64,000 nt of DNA, taken from the NCBI GenBank assembly GCA_010015805.1, contig ML978126.1, positions 1,178,001 to 1,242,000 on the forward strand, written 5' to 3'. This DNA is from Rhizodiscina lignyota (lineage: Eukaryota). The notes below the pieces were generated by a model, which was not told the DNA's origin, did no database searches, and was given only the letters and a program-made list of their open reading frames with translations. Every line of letters starts with the position of its first letter. The first letter of the stretch is position 1. The translations under genes were made by a program, and so were the position numbers. Positions 32,550 to 45,662 of this stretch are shown here, in pieces.

Positions 32550-33763
32550 CAAGTGTCATGAAAGAACAAGAAAATTGCTCATTTGAACTTTGCGATGGCT
32601 TCTTGGATATTGATCTGTACAAACTTCTCGACTGTGTAGTGTACGAAGCCCAAGGTGAGACCCAGCTGGTACCTGCGGGCAGATTTGCGGGGGCTCATGA
32701 AGTTCCCTGGGACAGAGGCCTAGGCACTCGGAGCACCGCCGTTTCTGGGGGGCGGCCCCACCTAAAAGTCCGGCACCCCACCCGACTGCGTTGCTCCCAG
32801 GATGCGCACTAGCTTCTTCGCACCTTAGGAAAACTGTAGAGCAAATTTCGACATTGCTGCCACCCCCGGCTGCATTCATGAAGGTCCTGTACTGAACTTC
32901 TATTTTCGTGCCTATCAGTTTATTTGCACCTTTTTAATCGGCACTAATGGATGTTTGGAACGGGATTGGATGTTTCTCCGATTCGACATTGATGAGCCCG
33001 GCGGTTCGTAAAGGCTAATGAGATTCTGATACTATATACTGTACACAATTGCTTGATTAGATATTGCCCCATGAGTGAATCCCACCTTACGGCTCATGGA
33101 TTTCTTACGGACGACTGGGGAGCCTGTGCAGATTCGGGCTCTGGAGTACGTAGACGCTGCTTCGTAGGTCAATGACTGGATGAGGGAATATCAACCAAAA
33201 GGTTCGGAGGCACTTCCGCGATATACAGAAATTCATACCGAAAGTGAGTTTCAGGTACGACAGAGAGCTTGAGCAAAAGATCTCCGTCCGTAACGAGCTT
33301 TAATATCCCATTGGCGTCAACTCCAGCTCTAATTCGCCACAGGATTTCCAGTGCCTCTCGTTCGGCCATTGACTTCATGAGTCCAAAGAGTTCTTCATAA
33401 GGGGATCTTCGGGATTGCAACTCGCTGTACTTTCGCTTCAGCGCCTGAGAGTGTGTCTCTATCGTGGTCGTGTCGTACTGACACGCTGTACTGCGTTTGA
33501 CACAAGAATCGCATTTGGGTCGGTCGCCAGAGCACTACAAATTAGGTCAGATGGGCCCATGTCAACTCTTGTCTTTCTCTTGTTTATCCATATACCTTCG
33601 ATTTCCTTTTGCGACAAGCTTCGCACGCTGCAACTACTTGATCGCGTCCGCCTCGGCCAGCTCTCCTATGAGCAGGGGGCTGTGCATGAGACGACGATGG
33701 CAGTACTTCTGGCCGTGGAAGAAGCGGTCGTAGGCGCTGGTCATTGGCCGATAATTCAGACAT
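32550..33763 (-). pseudogene. Truncated/frameshifted Zn(II)2Cys6 transcription factor
   Basis: ATG at 33763. AACEACRKRKSK|intron|CSGDRPKCDSCVKRSTACQY forms an intact binuclear cluster, followed by a coiled coil. The frame stops at 33169, while related-looking sequence continues in another frame (LIQSLTYEAAS) with further stops. Confidence 0.7.
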
Positions 33764-34489
33764 CCGAGAGCTGCGAAAGGCAATGTCCAATTGTCCCGCT
33801 GTATCCACTGCTGCGAGTGGCAAGGCCTTAAAACGAATATTGGAGCCAGTGATATTTTTATGACACCACCGCGTCGTCATCAGCTTGTGGGTTACGCCGG
33901 AAGTCACCTCCGGTGCTCAATATAGCTTGGCATTGGAGAGCTTCCAACATTACTTTACTCGTGCCAAGGCAGATTTACTTGACAGACCTGCATCTTACTG
34001 TCGTTAGTCATCCAATAGTCACTGTGAACCTTTGGCCGGACGAAGCGAGACCCGGAGCCCATGTTTTGCTACGATAAGCTGCATGTCCTACGAGAATGAT
34101 GGAAGAGCCACGTAAAGCCTATCCTAAAGCCCTGTTAGCAGAATGCCTAATATCGTCTTCTGGCCACAAGATATACTCAGGCAGTGACATTCTCTGCAGC
34201 TGACGCTGGCATATACATGCAGAAGTTCAGGTCCGCAAATCCGAAGAAGTGGAAAGAAAATATGAAGAGCTGAGAGGACCGCCCGAAGTTTCCCCGAATT
34301 GTAGGGTAAAATATTTACATGCGGTTGTAGACTAGCAATCCTAATTATAATGACTCTTTTAGAAAATAAGTTTCATACGATAATATATCCCCCGCAGCAA
34401 TTTATCATGGAGAGATTGCCTCATCTGTGAGGAGTTAAGGAAGGCCGTGAAACTCTGCGTCTGATTCCGCTCTCTTCCCTATTCAAGAG

Positions 34490-36174
34490 ATGCACTCACC
34501 TTGGACCTTTAGAGCAGCTTTTCGACGTCTGTTAATCCGCACGTCGCCGAAAACTGGCCATTTGACAGTCCGAATACAATGTAGAGCCATGTCGACGAAG
34601 CACCGTGCGTTCCTGGCGCTGGGTTCGAATGTTGGAGACCGGCTTGGCAACATCGAGACGGCATGTCGGTCCATGGAGAGGGCGGGATTGAAGATTAAGA
34701 GGACGAGTAGTTTATGGGAGACGAAAGCGATGTATGTGGAAGATCAAGATGATTTTCTGAATGGAGCTTGTGAGGTATTGCTTTCCATTTGCCCCTTTGA
34801 AACCATGCTTTGATTGTGGGCACGTGCCTCTCGTGGGGAGTTTGATAATGACATTGAAGCCAGGTCGAGACAGAACTCGAGCCACTTCCACTACTGGACA
34901 AGCTACAAAGTATTGAGAAAGAGCTAGGGAGAGTAAAGTTGATCGACAAAGGCCCACGAAACATTGACCTCGATATCCTTCTCTACGATGAGGAGAGGGT
35001 CGAGCATGAGCGCCTTCAGATACCACACAAACTCATGTTGGAGCGTGAGTTTGTCTTACGACCGCTGTCACAGTACGATTATCATCCAAATGCCCTATGA
35101 TCTAGTTATCTAATGCTCAGCACCAGGATCCTCCCCTCCGACATCCTCCCTCCGCCATTCCCCCAAGGCACATCGATACCCACGCTCCTCACCCAGCTCT
35201 CCCACCTCCCAGCCTCCATGCCAATGTCCCCCCAAACCCCCCTCACCCTCCACCAACCCAGCGCCCCCTCCCTAACCCTCACCCCGTCCACCCCCACCCG
35301 CCACACCCACATAATGTCCATCCTCAACCTCACACCGGACTCCTTCTCCGATGGCGGCATCCACTTCGCCGAGCACACCGACTCGACAGCGCTCCACGAC
35401 ATCGTCACCTCACACATCGCCTCCGGCGCCACGATCATCGACATCGGCGGGCAGTCGACACGTCCGAACGCGCCGCAAATCTCCGCGCAGGCCGAGCTCG
35501 CGCGCATCATGCCTGCGCTGCATGTCATCTCTTCTCTTCCCGCGGAGACGCGCGCGAAGCTCGCGGTGTCGGTGGACACGTACCGCGCGGCGGTCGCGCG
35601 CGAGGCGGTGCGCCAGGGCGGGGCGGACATCATCAACGACGTGTCGGCGGGGATGCTCGATGCAGAGATGCTGCCGACGCTGGCAGAGCTGGGGTGCAGC
35701 GTCGTGCTGATGCACATGCGCGGCACGCCGGCGACGATGAACCGTCTGACGGACTATCCGGACGGCCTTATCCCGACTGTGGGCAGGGAGCTCGCTGCGC
35801 GTGTGAAGGCGGCTGAGGATGCGGGGATTCGAAGATGGCGCGTGATTCTCGATCCGGGGATTGGGTTTGCGAAGACGCAGGCTCATAATCTGGAGATTCT
35901 GAGGAGGTTGGAGGAGTTGAGGGAGTGGGAGGGCTTGCGGGGACTGCCGTGGCTGGTGGGCACGAGCAGGAAGAGGTTTATAGGGAGGATTACGGGGGTG
36001 AACAGTGCGAGTGATCGGGGGTGGGGGACTGCGGCTGCAGTGACGGCGGCGGTGCAAGGGGGAGCGGAAGTGGTGAGGGTACATGATGTGGATGAGATGA
36101 CAAAGGTCGTGAGGGTCGCAGACTCTATCTGGAGAGTGGATGAGAAGGGAGAGCCCAGCGAAAAGGAGAATTGA
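34490..36174 (+). CDS. FOL1: Folate synthesis enzyme HPPK-DHPS (Fol1-like, no DHNA domain), 3 exons
   Basis: HPPK motifs AFLALGSNVGDR, DFLNGAC, KGPRNIDLDILLY and IPH..MLEREFVLRPL. DHPS motifs ILNLTPDSFSDGG, GGQSTRP, INDVS, DPGIGF, GTSRKRF and RVHDV. Confidence 0.95.
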
Positions 36175-36469
36175 GACTGGCGAAAAGAATTTGGAGTTCA
36201 CACTCAAGAGTCATATTCAACAGGTGTCTCAAGTTATGGAGCAGGAGTGGCAACATCATAGACCAGAGAAGAAAATGACTTCTATTGGCGTCGTCGGAAC
36301 TTTACATCGTCATCATAGTCGTTGCCTCATACCACCATGCCGGAATTTTGATCGTGAAAGAGAAACCCACGTCACCACCATTTTCATGAAGGTCACAGAT
36401 TTGGCCTATCCACTAGTCATCCCGCCCCTTCTTGCGCCAAGACGTCGCAACCCAGAGATGGGAATGAGC

Positions 36470-37767
36470 TCACTTTGTGTCCGCCTGGACCTTCTCTACG
36501 ATCGGCACAACTTTGGCGAACAGAGGATGGTCGGGCTCAAGACCGCACACCTTCTCGACAACGCTCTTTGCATCGTTCTCCTTCATGATCTTCGCGAGCT
36601 CCGTGCTCTCCTCATCGCCCTCAACGTTCTGGAAGCGGAACGCCATCTCAGTCGCGGCAACGAGGCAGTCGCACTTCTCGCCCATCTCTGCAAGCTGGCT
36701 GGCGGGGCCGATGAAGCGCTCCTTGCGGCCGAGCTTGCGCAGCGGCGCACGGCCGACACGCTCGACGTTGTCCTTAAGCTCGTGGTTGGAGATGCGCTTG
36801 ACGATGGCCTCGACGTACTCGCTCTGCTCCTCTGTTGAGACGTGGTCATACTTCTTGACGATCAGGTTCGCCGTCTCCCTGATGCAGTCGCGCACGATAT
36901 CGTGGATCTCCTGGTTCGCCATAGCCTCGTGGATGAAGGGGATGTGGCGGTTGTGGGCGTAGTAAGCAGCAGTGGCGTGAGAGGTGTTGACGGTGAACAG
37001 CTTGCGCTCGATGTACGGGTGGAGGTCGTCGACGAAGTGCACACCCTTGATGCTTGGGGTGCCGACGTCCTTGAAGGGGGTGGCGTCCACACACCACTCG
37101 AAGAATCTCTCGATGAGCACGTTGAGACCAGAGTTTGGCGGCTGCTGAGGAACGATACGGTCGATGGCACTGTTGGCAAAGCGGGCGTACTTCTTGAGGT
37201 TGGCCTTGGTGTCGTCGCTCAACTTCGCGTCGATGAACTCCTTGAGCTTGTCCGTGCCGCCGATCATGTTCTCGCAGGCAATGACGGCAAGAGGGTAGTC
37301 GAGCTTGCGGGCCTCAATGCCCTTGGCGATGACGGGACCGATGAACTTGAGGATGTTTGGGCCGACGGCGCAGGTGACAGTGTCGGCCTTGGCAATCTCC
37401 TCTATGACCTTGGCCTCCTCGTACTTGCTGTTGATGGCCTGGTAGTGGTCGATCTTGAACTCGCGCCTGCCTTCCTCGCCAATCTCAGTCACGGTGTAGG
37501 AAGGGGTGGACTGGAGCTGCTCGATGAGCGGGTCCATGACATCCACGAAGGTGACATAGTAGCCAGAGTTGTGCAGGAATTCAGCTGGAGGGGGTCAGCG
37601 TAACATCTGCACAGAGCGATACTTCAATTGAGTCGTACCGACGAAGCCACGGCCTGCAAAGAAGAAAAGTATTAGCTGTTTGCTTTGTGCGAGCTTCAGA
37701 GAGCAGCGAGTGTGTGCGTACCAATGTTACCGCCGCCAAAGTGAACGGCGCGCTTCTCGAAAGTCAT
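36470..37767 (-). CDS. mpdA: Mannitol-1-phosphate 5-dehydrogenase, 3 exons
   Basis: Spliced start [29 protein letters not shown]. Motifs [34 protein letters not shown] and [10 protein letters not shown]. Confidence 0.96.
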
Positions 37768-38885
37768 GTTGGGAGTCCTTCGCAAAAAAGTCTTTTGCAG
37801 AAGGTTAGCAGGTATGAAATCCACTTTGAAAGGTGCAGAGGAAGTTAATTGAAGGAGAGAAAAAAGGCGTTGGGAGGTGGGGGAACTTTTTGTAGCTCCC
37901 TGGCAGAAACCTGCGCGAAGGCGGTCAGCCTGAGACAGCGCCGCGGAGCAGGAACACTGTGATCGCGACTTACTAGCTGCAGCACGTGTGCGGTGAAAAC
38001 TGGAGGCTGAAGAGTGGGAGGCGTGCGCGCTGTTGGGGGTTCGTATGGCCAGTGCAAAATTCGCGCGGAGCAGCGTTTTTTAAGGACAGCTCTCGTACAC
38101 GGCGGGATGGGATGGGCTGGATGAAATGGTGGTTGACGGAACTTTCTCACTCACCTTGCTGTTCGGGCTCCGAATATTTCTCTTGATCGAGTGCTGGGTG
38201 ACGAATTGATCCCTTGTGTCCGAATCAATTGAGCCTGTTGTCGTAATGCGTGGAGGGTGCGAGAATAAACAATTGAGCGTCGCAGCGGTGGTCAACGGTC
38301 AGAGGAGAGTTCCATGGCGCTGTCCCGCGCCCGCTCGCGTTTTTGCAGAGCTCCAGCGTGGAGGTTGCGGGTGGCTACGTCATACCATGCCTTCCATCGA
38401 GCTGGCGAACCAGCGGCAGGCGGGAGCTGCTCGTCCCGCATCTGTGCCACAGTTGCTGTGTAGCGTAGGGGATTTGGCTCCTATTTTGACCGTGTCGCTG
38501 GCCTTTCGTCCTTGCAGAGCAACGGAAAATTAAGAAAATGGCCTGGGCTCTCCGTCCTAAATATTTGAAGACGACGTCACTGGAATGCTGTGCTTAGACA
38601 GCGTCCAAAGGGATATGATTGGACGGAATGCGTGATTAAGCAGTAATGTCTCAGCCTTCAACAACTACACCGGTGCATCGATATTCAGATTACACAGATG
38701 AGGTTCGCGTTGAAATCAGCCAAAGGCCCGAACATTTCGTCTCTATCGGCTCTGAAATTGTTGGCCGAGCTGACCATCTAGTATAAGTATATGCCGTGCA
38801 CGTAGTCGTAGACAATGCCAACAAACAGAAGTCAACGTGGCTCCGCAGAAAGATCGAGGTCCTGTGAAGAGAGTGTCCAAATACC

Positions 38886-39988
38886 TCACACCAGACCATA
38901 CAAAGGCCGTGGCAAAGGATTCGGAGCCGCCTTTCTCCCGCTCTTTAACTTGCTCTCCTTGATGCCGACATACGCCTCTCGCCTTGCTGGATTGCCAACC
39001 GTTCTCGACCATGTATTGAGACCGTAGTAAGCGCCGATAGAGTGAACAAGCCAGCGACTGCCACGATGTTAGCCTCTGCAATTACCCACAAGCCCACAAA
39101 GCACATACCCAAAGCTCGCCCCATGGTCATCCTCCAAGCTATCAAACACCAACTTCTCCCTCTCCAGCTCCTCAGACGTGCGTCTCGAATCCGGCATGTC
39201 GCTCATCTGGCCGTTCCTGCCCACGAAGACAACCTCGTCTTCATCCGAGTCGGGCTCGATCATGAGATCGCGCTCCCTCTTCCGCTGCCCCTCATCCCAT
39301 CTCTGCACGAACACGCGCACCTCCTCCTCCAGGTCCTGCAGCAGGCCCTTTGCGCCACGCGCGCGCTTCAGCTTCTCCCGCACCTCCTTCGGTATTCTGA
39401 CACTCTCGTCCTGCGCATCTGCTCGCGCCGTTCGCGCACGCGTCGTGCGCTCCGCGTGCTGCCGCGAGAAGCCCGAGTCCCAGAGCGGCGCGAGGTAGTA
39501 CGGCACGACGTGCACTGGGTGTGTGGGATGCACCTCCCAGTCGCTCGGCAGCGGCGGCTGCGCATACGGGTTGTTCAGAAGACGGTCTGATAAACGTGTA
39601 AGAGCATTCAACCCATCATGACTGCGGGCTCACCATTCTCCCATCGCTGCCTCCGGCGCGAGCCCTCCTTGCCCCGCAGCAGCGCTTCCCGTCGCTTCAA
39701 GCTGTCGCGGCGGAGAGGCTCGCGTCGCCGTGGAGGTGTGGTTGCGAGTCGCGCCTTTGCGCTCTCCTCGGCGCCCTCCGCGCTGCCAGAGGAGGGCTTT
39801 CGAGCGATATCGTGGTCGTCGAGCGGGATCTCGAGGGTGACCGAGGTGCCGCGGATGGGTCCTACAGGCCCGCCAGAGATTGCGAGTCCGCTCAGAGACT
39901 CTACGGCGCGCTCAGTCCATTCTTCGATGTCTATGGGCTCGCGAAGAGGGACACCATTTGATAGCGGGAGTGAAGGGTGGATTGCCAT
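38886..39988 (-). CDS. R3H-associated N-terminal domain / R3H protein, 3 exons
   Basis: RRDSLKRREALLRGKEGSRRRQRWEN|DRLLNNPYAQPPLPSDW. The last exon reads RWLVHSIGAYYGLNTWS..RREAYVG..LPRPLYGLV* and contains an R-x3-H motif. Confidence 0.88.
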
Positions 39989-41323
39989 TGATGGGTGCGA
40001 AGAGCCGATAGTATGCGACTGATACAGGAGGGGGCGGGATAGATAAAGGGCGCTGAGCTTTGCTCTTCTTTTGAACGTATACGCTTCTAATGAATGTAAC
40101 GAGAGTACTTGCGAGCTATACAGATGGTTGCTTGTGGCGCAGATGGATTAATAGTGACGAGTTGATGGGAGTAACCTGAGGGCAGGAGTCATCCGTATCC
40201 AATGACTGGAGCACGAACGCGTTCACATTGGCCAGGGGCTGCGGCTGACTTCGCTCCCCACCACGTGCTGATTATGAAATCGTACTTCCTCTACATATGT
40301 ACACACATATCCTGCCTAAGGTCCGAGGTGTAATGGCAGAATTCCTCAGTCATTGTCGATTTGCAGAGATATAAGTTATACACCAAGTACAACTGCGCAG
40401 AGCAACGTCCGCGAAGTATTGGACTAACTTCGACCACGGATTCAACGCGTTGACAGACCATTAACGTTTCAGCTTCTAGCTTCTGAGCAGCCTCTTTTTA
40501 GCTTGACTTTGGAAGTTAGCGAATTTATGCCAACTATTCTTGATCTTCATTTTGGGACTGGTTATAGCTTAGGCGCGGATAGCGTGAAGGATGGTTTAAT
40601 ATTACCCTCGGTAAAAGGGGAAAGATATATGTAACGCATTGGCTGACGCGTTGAGCAGCTTCTTTTTGGTTTGACGATAGGACTTGGCGGGATTCTCACC
40701 CAACCCACCCCAAGATCAGTTATGTTATAGCTTCAGTGACACTGAGCAAGATTACAGCGAGTGTCAACATCGTCAATTCCATAAACAGTCGTCTAGTCGG
40801 GCGTCGTAGCCACCATCTATCTCCTCGGCCTCGGGGTCCAAGTCTCATTCCCATGTCCTGACTCTAACTTAGGTAGACGGAACGGATTGCAAGGATGGGA
40901 TTTGTTACTAGGTAGAAGAGCCGCAACTTTGTTGCGTGAAAGGGATCGGACTTTGCTGAGACGCAGAAGGGAGGAGCAAATTGCTGAAAGGTGGAAGAAA
41001 GGATTAGAAATAGTCAGGAAGGTCATTGAAAGAGAGATAAAATTCTCTACGCCAGATTGATATACCTATCAGCGTTCCACGGAGAGCACAGATGGAAGCA
41101 TTAATCACGGAGAGCGATTGCAATTGCAAAGACGTACTTAATGCTTCTCACTCCTCAGAACCAGTGAAAGGTGCCACAAATGAACGAGTCATAATAGAGC
41201 CGCAGGCGTAATACCTTGGGCTGTAGCCTCTGCAATCCGAATAAAGCGCTCCCTAAGTCCAACTCTTTTAGTGGTAACGCCAGGTTCGATCCATCCTAGC
41301 AGCCGAAATCCAGTGTCCTCGAT

Positions 41324-42065
41324 TTAACTGCCAACCGCGTGCGCAAATACCTTACTAGCCAAATCGCCGAGCAGCTTCGCCTTATCGTTCGCCGGTAGCT
41401 CCTGAAATACGTCATACACGCTCTTCCCCTTTGCATCTCGCACCGCGCCCAGTCTATTCCCCGCAACCGCGCCTGCCAATGCACCCGGAAAATTCGCAAC
41501 GATGAAGCCCATAGCGCCTCCGCTCAGCCCGCCAACAATCGACCAGAACTTGCCCGTCGGACGCGCCTCCTGATCCGCCATGCCCTCCTCCCTCAGCATC
41601 TCCTCGAACGCACCGCCGAATTGCTCGTTGCTGAACTGCTCCTCCTGCGCCTCGTTCCTGGCACCGCCCCCACTACCAAAGCCGAAAGCGCTCCATGGGA
41701 ATCCGCCAGGCGTCTGTTCCTGTCTGGGGATATCCTCATACTCGTCTTCCTCGCCCGCGCCTGCGCCAGTGCCAAAGTGGTATTTCCGCGCCTCGTCGTA
41801 GTCGCGCCGTCTGCTCGGGTCGCTGAGTGTGTAGTATGCGTCGTTGATCTGCTGGAATTTCTTTGTGCGTCTCGAGCGGTCGGGCGAGTCGGCAGGGACA
41901 CGATCTGGGTGGTGCTTCAGGGCAGCGCGTTTGTACGCCTCGCGAATCTGGGCTTGTGTGGCATTCGAGTCGACTTCGAGAGCAGCATAATAGTCTACTG
42001 GAGCACCTGAGAGTATGGTTAGGTTTATTCATGCTATGCAAAAGGCAGGGATACAAACTTGACAT
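41324..42065 (-). CDS. J-domain (DnaJ/Hsp40) protein with a Gly-rich hydrophobic C-terminal segment
   Basis: After a 7-nt first exon and an intron: DYYAALEV..ATQAQIREAYKRAALKHHPDR..FQQINDAYYTLSDPSRRRDYD. The C-terminus is ORF 41324-41599. Confidence 0.92.
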
Positions 42066-42440
42066 CTTTGCTCTAGCTGCGTGTGGGTAGGAGGGAAGGC
42101 TGAGGTATTGTGATTGAACGCGAGTATTCGAGGGTGGAGAGAATGATCGCAAAATGAAGCGAGAGGATATCTAGAGGGTCAAAAGTAGAGCATACGGGTT
42201 TGAGGGAGTTTGGAGGAGGTAATAACTGTGTAGAAAGTGGAAAGGCCAGATTCTCACTGTAAACCTGCGGCCGCGACGCGCTCCCATTCAATGACGTCGC
42301 TTTCGATCAACGGCCCCCTGCAGGTTCCAGATCGACGCCACACCCACTAGCCACTAATTCCCCACGTTCACTAAATTGCTGTCAGAAATGCGCATCAGAC
42401 CATATATATTCTTCTATCTACCATTGTTCGGCATTGATTA

Positions 42441-45400
42441 CTACTTCCCAATGATCCGGCTCTCAGGAGGCCCAAGATAGCTTGGCCGTACGCCTCCAAG
42501 ATCTACCACCACTTTCATCAGGACGACTCCTGGCTCGAGGGCCCAAAACTTCAACGTGTGCTGCCCCGCTGGAATAGTGGCATTAGTAGAGCTCGACCAC
42601 GCATTGTTCCCTACTGCGGTTTCCCAACCAGCCGGCAAATACTGGCTGCTCTCTACTGCAGTCTTATCATCGTTGCAGTTGTCGCATACGTATGCTGCCG
42701 TGTCTGGCTTCCCATCGTCGATGGCGTAGGCGTACTTGAGCGGGCGCTTTGGAGACGTGTTCAGACTTGGTGAAAGATAGAATGTGACGTTGGCAGGTTT
42801 TGTGGAGCTGGTGTTAGTGAATGTGTAGAAGTCGTATTCCAGTGCAGGCGCTGTCCTGGGTGACAGAGAAGGCGCCAGGACGGGCATCAATGCCATTGCA
42901 CCAGATGCTGTCCGGCCGTAGTTTGGTAAGTTTATGTAATGAGGCGCGTTAGAGCCGCTGCCACTGCCCTTGGCCGTCCGCGTGTAGTGTGCGGCATCCA
43001 TGGAAATGTGAGCGTCGTCTTCTACGAATCCCTCCTTGAAGCTTGATGGGACGGACGTGTGATTGTATGGGATCATTACGCTTGGCATCGAATATTGTGT
43101 TCCGTAGTCGCGGGAGGAGGAAACGTTCAATACTGACATGCCCGAGCCGGGTGGACATTTGTCCCAGTCAATGGTAATATAGATGCGGGTCTGGGAATCG
43201 GCTTCGGGTTTGGGTGAGATCGATCCAGCGGCCTTGGAGACTTTTACGAACGGGTCGGTAGAGATATTCCAGTTGAAGTCGTTGACTCCTCTGTTGAATA
43301 TTTCGATGTAACGCTGACCTGACGCACCGTATGGAGACATTGGGGGAAGCACTAAACTCTCGCCACTGTTTGGATGATACTGGTCGTCTCCTGGCACAAC
43401 TCCGAGGCTTGCCTCAACCGATACACCCATATCGCCAGCTAAGCCACGCTCGAGAGTTTGAACATAGTGCAGCCCGGGAGTGGACTGTCGCATTGGTTGT
43501 TGCCTGCGAGTATATTAGGACTTCTTTGCGCATTGGATGATCGAAAGCCTACCAGTAGCCAAGATATCCAATGTGTGTCTGATCCATCATGTGATTCCAT
43601 TTACCATTCAACAAGGTATTATAGTCGACCGTGTACTGATGGTCTGTATTGAAATCATCAAGCACCCGAGCAGCCATTGAATTTGCGCTGTTTCGGCCTT
43701 GGATCGCATACATTTGATTCTTTGCGGTGCTAATATATAAATCGTAGAGATTGGCTCCAGCAAGCGCCGGTTGAAGCACCATTTCAAAATACGATGCTGT
43801 CGCTGAGGCGGGCAAGGTACCGTTGATCTTCTGGGCATCGGCTGCTAGATCTTGCCACTGCGCAAGGATGTCATCTGCTTCATTGTAGTTTAGTACGCTG
43901 TAGAGATTCTCATCGACCTGCTCAAATTTTCGCAGATTTGAGAGTTTGGTAAGTCGTTCTATAACGTCTGCTACATCGTCTGCAGCATCGGGACCCCACT
44001 GCTGAGAAGACCACTGCTTAGTCCACGCAGACACGGTATTGGCACTGATGGAGCTAGCATCGTAAGCAAGGTCCAGGAAAAAGCTGATCGGAATCTCCTC
44101 AGGCTTTATGTCGCCCACGTTGACGATCCAAATGTCGCGAGCATCCCGTTGGTATGCAAAGTTCATTTGCTCCCATATCTTTTCGAGCTGAACAGTATTG
44201 ATCCACTTGTAGTTTCGTGGGTCACCTACATAGTCGACGTGGAAGTAGACACCAGCACCGCCAGATCGTTCTGTCTCGTTTCCAACTGGGAGCTGTCGAA
44301 CGTTGCCCCAGTTATCATCGGCCCATAAAAGAGTAATGTCGTCTGCAACCTTCATGCCCATATTGTAATAGGCTTGTACTTCCTTGTACAAACACCACAT
44401 CTGAGGGACAGACAGGTTACCGTACACTTGCTGAAGAATCTCCCGTTGAGTGTCGACAATATCCTCCAATTCGGTAGTCTCAATGGAAGAGGATAGTGCC
44501 GTGTCACCAGACCCTCGCATAGCCATAGTGATGATACTCTCGTATGGCTTGGCCCTTTCGACGCCGTACCGCAGAAATGGTATGATGCTCTCATTATTGA
44601 CATTCCATTGCCATGGTCCATGGCCGAAGGTAGTCCATTCATTAGTCGCACGCATGAATGGCTCTGTGTGACTTGTGCCCATGACAATGCCATATTCATC
44701 GGCGAGAGGTTGATTTCTGGGATCGTCGACATTGAACATGCTGCCCCATGATGCAGGCCAAAAATAATTGGCACGCAATCTCAGTAACAACTCGAACACA
44801 TGCTGGTAGAAGTCGGCAATGAACGCAGAACCGTACGGTCCCTTTGGATAATTGACATTCATCCATCCTGTCAATGCAGGTGCCTCATCGTTGATGAAGA
44901 AGCCACGATACTTGACAGATGGCGTGCCTTGTATAATTCTGACGTTCTTTTGCGTGTAGATCGCCGCTTTGGTGCGAGGAGGCACGTCTGCGAACCAATA
45001 CCAAGGCGAGACCCCAATTTGCTCAGAAACATCGTAAAGGCTGTAGATAGTGCCTCGCTTATCGCTACCTGTCATTTGTCAGTGATATTGTGCGTCTACT
45101 ACCGATATGAGGCAAGAATATGAATACCAATAAGCACCAAAGCTTCGTCGACCCCAGGCATCGGCTTTTCGACAGTTTGCCACATATATGCTTCCCATTT
45201 TCCAGAAATCTCCGAAACATCTATCTTCTTGCTCTTAACTAGATCGTCAATGAGAGGAACCCGTCCGAGTGTCCCAGCGATAATCACGCCGCCCTTCCCG
45301 GTGGATTTGGCTCCAGATCGGGCGAAAGTGTTGGAATGCGTGAGATTGTAGATCACGCTTGCATTGAGAGTGACTGGAGGCTTAGTGTGCTTTGCAAGGG

Positions 45401-45662
45401 TTACTGTGCCATTGACGCCAGTTACACGTCCGAAGTCCGCAGCTAAATCGTCGGCGGCGCGGAGCACTCCCGGCCAGTCGAACTCATCCAGCATCAATTG
45501 AGCAGCAGCGGATTTGGAGGCAAGGAGCATGCCCGATGAAGAGCCATCTTCATTATCAAAAGAGATGGATGATCTTCGAGCTAGGCCATTAGCGAATCCA
45601 AATATTGACAGCCAGACCAACACGAAAGTGTTCAGGCCGCATGAACGGCCATAGAACGCCAT
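42441..45662 (-). CDS. Secreted GH115 alpha-glucuronidase, 3 exons
   Basis: Signal peptide. Motifs GSDKRGTIY, GVSPWYWFADVP, KYRGFFINDEAP, LLRLRANYFWPA, MGTSHTEP, MRGSGD, WCLYKEV, DDNWGN, YKWINT, NVGDIKP, GKWNHMMDQTHIGY and SYLGPPES. Confidence 0.95.

Noticed and set aside
40326..40500. GGTGTAATGGC resembling a fungal SRP RNA 5' end
   Set aside because: No helix-8 GNRA/AGCAG motif was found downstream.
41218..41305. tRNA-like GGTTCGATCC with GGCTG/CAGCC ends
   Set aside because: The T-stem does not pair and no D or anticodon arms form. It lies in the DnaJ 3' region.
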